The notes under the pieces are model-generated. The model made no database searches. It was not told the origin of the DNA and saw only the letters and a list, made by a program, of their open reading frames with translations. The translations under genes and the position numbers were made by a program. Below, in pieces: positions 1-5,971 of a stretch of DNA of 34,703 nucleotides (position 1 is the stretch's first letter; each line of letters opens with the position of its first letter). Source of the DNA: Planctomycetota bacterium. GTDB taxonomy: Bacteria; Planctomycetota; Phycisphaerae; UBA1845; CAIVHJ01. Location of the stretch: NCBI GenBank assembly GCA_022573485.1, contig JACZTW010000003.1, positions 1 through 34,703 of the forward strand, written 5' to 3'.

Positions 1-57
1 GCGGATTGCGATAAAGTAGATCCCGCTGAAGGTCGCTCGCCGGCCTTCCCACTCGCA

Positions 58-99
58 GCCGGAGTGGCGGAATTGGCAGACGCGCGGGATTCAAAATCC
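58..99 (+). repeat. 5' fragment of tRNA-Leu(CAA), 42-bp exact direct repeat of 2088-2129; putative attL core
   Basis: GCCGGAGTGGCGGAATTGGCAGACGCGCGGGATTCAAAATCC is identical at 58-99 and 2088-2129. Identity starts exactly at tRNA nt 1 and stops just after the anticodon loop. Confidence 0.93.
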
Positions 100-267
100 A
101 AGAAAATCATTGAGACACAAGGAGTTATGATCGTTTCTACTCCGTATCTTCCCTTATCTTCCGCAGCTTTTTGATAGTCGGAGTTTACGGAATCTAGGCA
201 TCAAAGAGCACCATATCGAAGTGGTCGCCATTGCGCCGACGAGATGAAATGCTTTGGTGGTCGCGCT

Positions 268-297
268 TTGACATTCCTCCCCTCGCTCCTCTATTCT
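268..297 (+). promoter_or_regulatory. sigma70-like promoter for the cargo gene
   Basis: TTGACA (268-273), 18-nt spacer, TATTCT (292-297), upstream of the ATG at 416. Confidence 0.55.
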
Positions 298-415
298 TGG
301 ACTATTACCTGTTCACCTTCTGTATGCTGCGACCGACACCACTTGCGAAGTAACCCCGCGTCCGACCTGGGGCGTTGACCAATGGTTTTTCATGTGATAA
401 TGTGAGTGCCGAACG

Positions 416-1909
416 ATGTCAAGGATCTTGCTCATTCTCGCAGCTGTCTGGCTTTCGGGAGATCCGGAACGTGCTTCTGGCGACCTCAGTGCAGAACAGC
501 TTGCTGAACATGTGGAAGTCATTAGCGGCGGATTCACCGGCGGTGATCGGGCCTACGTTCGTGTTGGTGATCATGTGTTCTTCGACGAGAGGCGCCGTGG
601 GCCACAACTGGCCGGCTTGTATGTTGTGGCAATCCACGGAAACAAGATCCTGCAGCAATTCCACTACAACACGTACGCGGTGCCTGGCGCCAGCGAAGGA
701 CTGGCCCGGGACATCGATTCGTTTCCTGATGGCACGCTGGTGATCGTTGCCGCCAAGGACGAAGCAACTCGCTTATTCGATCGCCGCGGACAGGAGGCCC
801 TGAAGCAGATCGGTGCCCAAACCGGCTTACTCGGTCAGCCCCCGCGCGGATCGTATTTGTGTATCGGCGTGAAAGGGATGGCTCCCGGCGAAGCCCGCGA
901 GCAATACGGAGACAAGAGGCAACAGTTTCGAGGGGCAAGAGCCGCCCATGCCGCCAACCTGGCTCCGTTGGAGGAACCTGCCCCACCGAAGATCTCAAGC
1001 ACATCAGGCGCTCACGTCCTGCATGTTGGCATTGACGTGTTTTATTACATTCCCCAAAACTTCGACCCGATGACCGCGGAGTACCTTGTTTGCATTCACG
1101 GGGCCGGCGATTGGCATCACATCGGTGCCGAAGCCAACATCAAGCGCTTCCAGTCCACCGCAGACAACAACAACCTGGTCCTCATCGCCCCGGCTTTCGA
1201 TTGCCTGCTCAATTGGCCGTTCAACCGCAAAAAGGACTACAGGAATCACAAATTCACTGATCCGAAAATCATCAAGGATTGGCACTATCACGATTTCATT
1301 GCTTTGCTGAATCGCCATACTGACAAGAGAAGCGATCTGAAGGTCCTTGAGGTGTTCCGACTGTTCAATGATCAGTTGATGAAACGTGATCAGTTCCATC
1401 TATATGGACACTCGGGGGGCGCCCAGTTCGTCAATCGTTTTGTCACCTTCCATCCTGAGCTGGTGGGCAAAGTGGCTTTATCCGCGGCAGGCAGCTTCAC
1501 TTTCCCGCAAAGATCCAAGGACTACCCATGGGGCCTGCGAACCAGAAACCTCAAGAAGTTCTTCGGTGAACAGATTGATACGAGTGGCATTCGATTGTCA
1601 TCGAGCGAGCTAGATGAAAAACTCGGGAGATTGCTTGATAGGCAGCTCTTCATCATCGTTGGAGAAGAGGACCCAACGGTGGTCAATACGGATTGCCCCT
1701 GGCAAGGATCCAACACGCTCGAACGTTCGCGTAACTACGTCGAGGCCATGCGGGACGAACACCAACGCCAGGTGCGGCGAGGAATGCGTCCACTGGACGA
1801 TCCGTTTCGGTTCGAACTGCATGCGCTTCCCGGCGTCGGGCATGATTCCGCTACCGGTGCATCCAAAGCCATCGAGTTGCTGTTTCCGTCGGAAGAAAAG
1901 AAACCGTGA
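416..1909 (+). CDS. Secreted protein: ILEI/PANDER-like domain fused to alpha/beta-hydrolase (esterase-like)
   Basis: Signal-peptide-like N-terminus. ILEI-like segment GLYVVAI...GTLVIVAAKDEA...ALKQIGA...RGSYLCIGVKG. Hydrolase motifs HGAG, GHSGG (1406-1420), VGEED and GVGH. Confidence 0.8.
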   Translation: MSRILLILAAVWLSGDPERASGDLSAEQLAEHVEVISGGFTGGDRAYVRVGDHVFFDERRRGPQLAGLYVVAIHGNKILQQFHYNTYAVPGASEGLARDIDSFPDGTLVIVAAKDEATRLFDRRGQEALKQIGAQTGLLGQPPRGSYLCIGVKGMAPGEAREQYGDKRQQFRGARAAHAANLAPLEEPAPPKISSTSGAHVLHVGIDVFYYIPQNFDPMTAEYLVCIHGAGDWHHIGAEANIKRFQSTADNNNLVLIAPAFDCLLNWPFNRKKDYRNHKFTDPKIIKDWHYHDFIALLNRHTDKRSDLKVLEVFRLFNDQLMKRDQFHLYGHSGGAQFVNRFVTFHPELVGKVALSAAGSFTFPQRSKDYPWGLRTRNLKKFFGEQIDTSGIRLSSSELDEKLGRLLDRQLFIIVGEEDPTVVNTDCPWQGSNTLERSRNYVEAMRDEHQRQVRRGMRPLDDPFRFELHALPGVGHDSATGASKAIELLFPSEEKKP

Positions 1910-1982
1910 AACTCGGCGCTGCGGAAGACAATGCTGGTCATGCGGTCCGCAAGTCGTCGATTCCGACGTCTCGAGTAAGCCC

Positions 1983-2011
1983 TTGAGTCTGAAGAACTCC
2001 GATGGTACGTT
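1983..2011 (+). promoter_or_regulatory. Candidate sigma70 promoter for tRNA-Leu, inside the element
   Basis: TTGAGT (1983-1988), 17-nt spacer, TACGTT (2006-2011), about 75 nt upstream of the tRNA. Confidence 0.45.
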
Positions 2012-2029
2012 ACTGAAGCTTGGAAGATT

Positions 2030-2069
2030 TGATAGGAAGATCAGGTGGTGCCTATTGATCTTCCTGTCA
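2030..2069. repeat. Inverted repeat upstream of tRNA, built from the ATCTTCC motif
   Basis: TGATAGGAAGATCA (2030-2043) and TGATCTTCCTGTCA (2056-2069) are 13/14 complementary. Confidence 0.75.
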
Positions 2070-2087
2070 GTCTTTGCCACCGAATAC

Positions 2088-2171
2088 GCCGGAGTGGCGG
2101 AATTGGCAGACGCGCGGGATTCAAAATCCCGTTCTCGCAAGAGAGTGTGGGTTCAAGTCCCTCCTCCGGCA
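2088..2171 (+). tRNA. tRNA-Leu(CAA), CCA not encoded
   Basis: Acceptor stem GCCGGAG/CTCCGGC plus discriminator A. D-loop contains TGG. Anticodon arm CGGGA-TTCAAAA-TCCCG, long variable arm TCTCGCAAGAGA, T-loop GTTCAAGTC. Confidence 0.97.
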
Positions 2172-2235
2172 ATGACTTACGTTCAGGGCGTGCCTCGCAA
2201 ACGGCCATTTTCGCAAGAATTTCGCAAATCACAGG

Positions 2236-2366
2236 TCACGCCAGCCTTTGTACCGCGTCCCGCTTCGTGCCGTCGTCGATGTGCTGGTAGTACACCGCCG
2301 TCGTCCGCCCGCATTCGTGTGCGGCCAATCTCTGGACGACCAATTGATTTACACCCATGCGGGCTA
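2236..2366 (-). pseudogene. C-terminal remnant of a tyrosine recombinase/integrase truncated by IS630
   Basis: Translates as LARMGVNQLVVQRLAAHECGRTTAVYYQHIDDGTKRDAVQRLA*, matching the VQxLxGH...TT..Y catalytic tail. It lies next to the tRNA 3' end and ends at the IS630 TA site. Confidence 0.75.
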
Positions 2367-2455
2367 GTGGTCCATTCCGCATGAAGTTGCGGGTATTGGG
2401 GTGAAAGCGTCGATCTTCATGACCGGGATTTGTTCCGAGATCATGGAGGATCGAC

Positions 2456-2902
2456 ATGAAAAGGTACCTGGTTCGGCTGGAGGCCGAGGAACGTGGGCGA
2501 CTGGAGCAACTCGTGCGGGTCGGTAAAGCCGCAGCCTACCGGATTCGTCACGCAAACATTCTGCTGGCGGTGGATGAATCGGAGGCCGGGCCGAAGCTGA
2601 AGGACGCCCAGGCCGCCGAGGCGTTTGGCGTGGCGGTGCGGTCTATCGAGTCGTTGCGGAAACGGGTCGTGGAAGAGGGGCTTGACGCGGCACTGGAGCG
2701 CAAGAAGCAGGTTCGTCCCAGCGTCGAACAAATGTTCGACGGCGAGAAGGAGGCCCAGCTGATCGCGATTGCCTGTGGCGCCAAGCCCGCAGGGCGTGTG
2801 CGCTGGACGTTGGAACTGCTGGCCGAGAAGGTCGTGGCGCTGAAGATCGTGGATCACTGTTCGCCGCAGACGATCATGCGGACGCTTAAAAAAACGAGAT
2901 AA
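2456..2902 (+). CDS. IS630 transposase N-terminal HTH part (orfA)
   Basis: RBS GGAGG. Motifs RIRHANILL, DGEKEAQLIAIAC and GRVRWTLELLA are typical of IS630. Ends at an A7 slippery run. Confidence 0.9.
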   Translation: MKRYLVRLEAEERGRLEQLVRVGKAAAYRIRHANILLAVDESEAGPKLKDAQAAEAFGVAVRSIESLRKRVVEEGLDAALERKKQVRPSVEQMFDGEKEAQLIAIACGAKPAGRVRWTLELLAEKVVALKIVDHCSPQTIMRTLKKTR

Positions 2903-3594
2903 AGCCGTGGCAGCATAAGATGTGGTGCATTCCGCCGAAGTGCAACGCCGAGTTTGTCTGCGCCATGGAGAACGTGCTGGCCGTTTACACGCGGCCGTAC
3001 GACGCCAATCATCCGGTGGTGTGCTTCGACGAAAAGAGCAAGCAACTGGTCGGGGAGGTCTGCAAGCCGATCCCGGCGGCGCCGGGACGGGCCGAGTGCC
3101 ACGACTACGAATACGTCCGCAACGGCACGGCGAACCTGTTCCTGCTGGTCGAACCGTTGCGTGGCTGGCGACAGGTGGACGTGACGACGCGGCGGACCAA
3201 GCTCGACTTCGCGAAACAGATGAAGGAACTCGTCGATGTCCACTACCCCGATGCCGCGAAGATTACGCTGCTGATGGACAACCTGAACACGCATCGGTTG
3301 TCGTGCCTGTACGAGGCCTTTGCGCCGACCGAGGCGCGCCGGTTGATCGAGAAGACCGAGGTGGTGCACACGCCCAAGCACGGCAGTTGGCTGAACCTGG
3401 CTGAGTGCGAGCTCAGCGTGCTGGAGAAACAATGCCTCGGTGAACGCATCGCTGACCAGGCGACCTTGCGGAGGCGAATGCAGGTGTGGAATGACAATCG
3501 AAACAGCCGGTCCAAGAATATCGACGGGCAATTCCGAACAGCCGATGCACGGATCAAGCTAAGAAGGCGCTACCCGCAGACTGAAATGGAATGA
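2888..3594 (+). CDS. IS630 transposase DDE part (orfB), reached by -1 frameshift at A7 (2888-2894)
   Basis: The -1 frame reads KNEIKPWQHKMWCIP. DDE motifs CFDEK, MDNLNTH and TPKHGSWLNLAECE are present. The first ATG in frame is 2920. Confidence 0.88.
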
Positions 3595-3601
3595 ACCACT
3601 A

Positions 3602-5116
3602 GTCGTCCCTGAAAAACACGTCAAACGGCTGTGACTGTAGCGTGCCATGGGGTTTCTGGTGGAGATACTCGTGGTATCCTTTGCAAGGTAGTTACGGATG
3701 ACGAACGAAAACCTTGCAATTTCGGCCACGACATGGAGGCTCTATGAAGCCCAAACCGCAGCCCGGCGACGCGTTCGAACTGTTCCAATCCCATTTCGAT
3801 CAGTTGCTCAATCCCGACCATGAGTTGGTGCTTGTGGCCAAGAAGATAAACTGGCCTGGGCTGGAGGCGGCGTTTGCCGATTGCTACTGCCCGGACATCG
3901 GCGCACCGGCAAAGGCTGTTCGCCTGCTGGTGGGCTTGCATTATCTCAAATACGCTTTCAGCGAATCGGACGAATCGGTCGTGGCGCGCTGGGTCGAGAA
4001 TCCCTACTGGCAATACTTTTGCGGCTACACGCACATGCAGCACGACTGTCCGATCCATCCGACCAGCATGACCAAGTGGCGGAATCGGGTCGGTGCCGAG
4101 CGGCTGGAGCAACTCCTCGCCGAAACGATTGCCCTGGCTGTTCGTGAGAAACACCTGCCCCAAAACGATCTTCAGCGTGTCACGGTGGACACGACGGTGC
4201 AGGAGAAAAACATCACTTTTCCCACCGACTCGAAGCTGTTGTACAAGGCCATTGTCCAACTTGGCGACGCGGCGAAAGCGCGCGGTATTCCGCTTCGACA
4301 GTCGTACGTCCGGGTGGGCAAGCGGGCGGCGGTCAAAGCCGGTCGTTACGCTCACGCCAAGCAGTTCAAACGCATGCAGCGGCGACTCCACAAGCTGCGC
4401 ACCTATGTGGGCCGACTGATTCGCGACATTCGCCGTAAGACGACGGACCTGGATGAGGGGCTGGCCACCTTGCTGGAGGGTGCGGAGCGGATTCGTTGCC
4501 AACAACCCAAAGACGCCAAGAAGCTCTACAGTTTGCACGAGCCGGAAGTGCCGTGCATCAGCAAGGGCAAAGCCCGCCAGCGTTACGAGTTTGGTCAGAA
4601 GGTGGGGTTGGCCACCACGAATCGCAGCAACTGGATCGTAGCGGCCCACCTCCTTCCAAACAATCCGTACGACGGCCACACGCTCACGGCCACGTTGACC
4701 GCGGTCGAGCAGATCACGGGAGTGGCACTGACGGATGCGTATGTTGATAAAGGCTATCGCGGTCATGGCTACACCGGCGGCGTAACGGTTCACATTGCCG
4801 GGCAGCGTCAGAAGAACGGGACACGCGCCGAACGAAATCGGAGGCGCCGGCGCAGCGCGATCGAACCGAAGATCGGCCACCTCAAGAGCGATCATCGCAT
4901 GGACCGGTGCTTCCTGGCCAGGCTTGCCGGCGATGCGATCAACGCCGTGCTCGCCGCCGCCGGGTCCAACCTGCGAAAGCTGCTGGGATTGTTCGGTAGC
5001 CAGAGGCGGCGGTTGGTTCTTGCGCTGATTCGCTGGCTCGAACACCTGAACGGTGGCCGCCCATTCTACTGGCTCAGTTATCTCGCCGCCGCGTAGACGG
5101 CTTTTTCAGGGACGAC
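3602..5116 (+). mobile_element. IS5-family insertion sequence
   Basis: Perfect 15-bp terminal inverted repeat GTCGTCCCTGAAAAA (3602-3616) / TTTTTCAGGGACGAC (5102-5116) encloses the transposase. Confidence 0.9.
3744..5096 (+). CDS. IS5-family transposase
   Basis: GGAGG precedes ATG 3744. N-terminal WVENPYWQYFCG motif. DDE motifs VDTTVQEK, VDKGYRG and RSAIEPKIGHLK, plus SKGKARQRYEFG. Confidence 0.93.
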   Translation: MKPKPQPGDAFELFQSHFDQLLNPDHELVLVAKKINWPGLEAAFADCYCPDIGAPAKAVRLLVGLHYLKYAFSESDESVVARWVENPYWQYFCGYTHMQHDCPIHPTSMTKWRNRVGAERLEQLLAETIALAVREKHLPQNDLQRVTVDTTVQEKNITFPTDSKLLYKAIVQLGDAAKARGIPLRQSYVRVGKRAAVKAGRYAHAKQFKRMQRRLHKLRTYVGRLIRDIRRKTTDLDEGLATLLEGAERIRCQQPKDAKKLYSLHEPEVPCISKGKARQRYEFGQKVGLATTNRSNWIVAAHLLPNNPYDGHTLTATLTAVEQITGVALTDAYVDKGYRGHGYTGGVTVHIAGQRQKNGTRAERNRRRRRSAIEPKIGHLKSDHRMDRCFLARLAGDAINAVLAAAGSNLRKLLGLFGSQRRRLVLALIRWLEHLNGGRPFYWLSYLAAA

Positions 5117-5124
5117 CAAGTATC

Positions 5125-5421
5125 TCAGGATACGTTTGATTCGGGAATGACGAGTTGCTCGTCGGACTCGGAGAGGTTTGACTCTGGCGGCGGCAGGCCC
5201 GCTTTCTCGGGCAACAGCTTGAGCAGCTTTTCGACCTCGCTGCACGCGAACATCATCGCATCGACCGCATCCGACCACGCCTGCGACAAAGGCGTCTCAC
5301 CCTCGAAGTCGCCGCTAAGGTACTCATCCGGCGCGGCGGTTATCAAGATACCGCCCGCGCTGCGCAGCTCATCGAAGGCGTCTGAGACCCTTCTATGTTT
5401 CATCCGTGGTCGGCCTGCCAT
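5125..5421 (-). CDS. Small acidic hypothetical protein (MAGRP...), probable island cargo
   Basis: GGAG precedes ATG 5421. Encodes 98 aa and stops just before the IS5 end. No recognisable domain. Confidence 0.5.
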   Translation of the reverse strand: MAGRPRMKHRRVSDAFDELRSAGGILITAAPDEYLSGDFEGETPLSQAWSDAVDAMMFACSEVEKLLKLLPEKAGLPPPESNLSESDEQLVIPESNVS

Positions 5422-5893
5422 CGTCGCAACTCCATTCGCATCATCCCCATTGTAGGCCTTGCGGCACGGTCTTGCTACACCTGCGTACGCCCCGCGCATG
5501 GCAAGACGGACAGACGGGAGATTTATGCTTTCACCCCATCCCATCACGTCATCACTACGTTGTCCCGTGCATCCTGTCCGCTGCCATTCTGATCCCTCAC
5601 AGAATCGTTTGCGTCGTCGTACGAAAGACTTCTTGTCCGACGCGACCGGGAAGATGCGCCCCGAATGCTCAGATCGCCTGCATTCGCGTCTGCCACTCGC
5701 TGGCATCGCTTGACACTCCGGCTACTTCAATGAGCGTGACGATCGTTTCTTTGACGTGGTCGGGAAGGTCGGGCCATGCAGTTGCGATCTGATGCAAGTC
5801 GGGTTCGTTTTGCTTCAGGAACGACATGCAAGACGACATGCCGAGTTCTTGAGGTTCGCAAGTTGTTGTCTGATTGGGGGATAGCGAATTGCC

Positions 5894-5927
5894 GCATCGG
5901 CCTTTTAAGCCGCTGGTCGGAGGTTCG
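5894..5927 (+). pseudogene. Internal fragment of tRNA-Lys(TTT), putative att scar
   Basis: GCATCGGC-CTTTTAA-GCCGCTGGTCGGAGGTTCG gives an anticodon arm with TTT, a variable loop and the start of the T-arm. There is no acceptor stem or D-arm. Confidence 0.7.
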
Positions 5928-5971
5928 CCTGGTGGTCCGCGTTCTCGGTGTCCGAAGGGTTAAGATGTGAC

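Larger units (their letters stand above)
58..2129. mobile_element. Putative non-autonomous integrative element inserted in the 5' half of tRNA-Leu
   Basis: Bounded by the 42-bp tRNA repeat. ATCTTCC occurs at 146-152 and 156-162, GGAAGAT at 2022-2028 and 2035-2041, and ATCTTCC at 2058-2064. It holds one cargo gene and no integrase. Confidence 0.7.
2365..3601 (+). mobile_element. IS630-family insertion sequence (coordinates include both TA copies)
   Basis: Ends TAGTGGTCCATTCC (2365) and GGAATGAACCACTA (3601) form an inverted repeat with 1 mismatch. CTAG occurs at both junctions. Contains two overlapping-frame transposase ORFs. Confidence 0.9.

Noticed and set aside
58-99. Split or intron-containing tRNA interpretation
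   Set aside because: The downstream copy is already complete and repeats the same 5' half. No group I intron or splice features were seen, so an att duplication fits better.
1614-2384. 256-aa ORF spanning the tRNA
   Set aside because: Overlaps the hydrolase end, the tRNA and the integrase remnant, and its composition is not protein-like.
3621-5045. 474-aa minus-strand ORF
   Set aside because: Antisense shadow of the IS5 transposase.
5714-5722. CACTCCGGC matching the tRNA-Leu acceptor stem
   Set aside because: Only 7-9 bp, which is expected by chance and too short to call attR.
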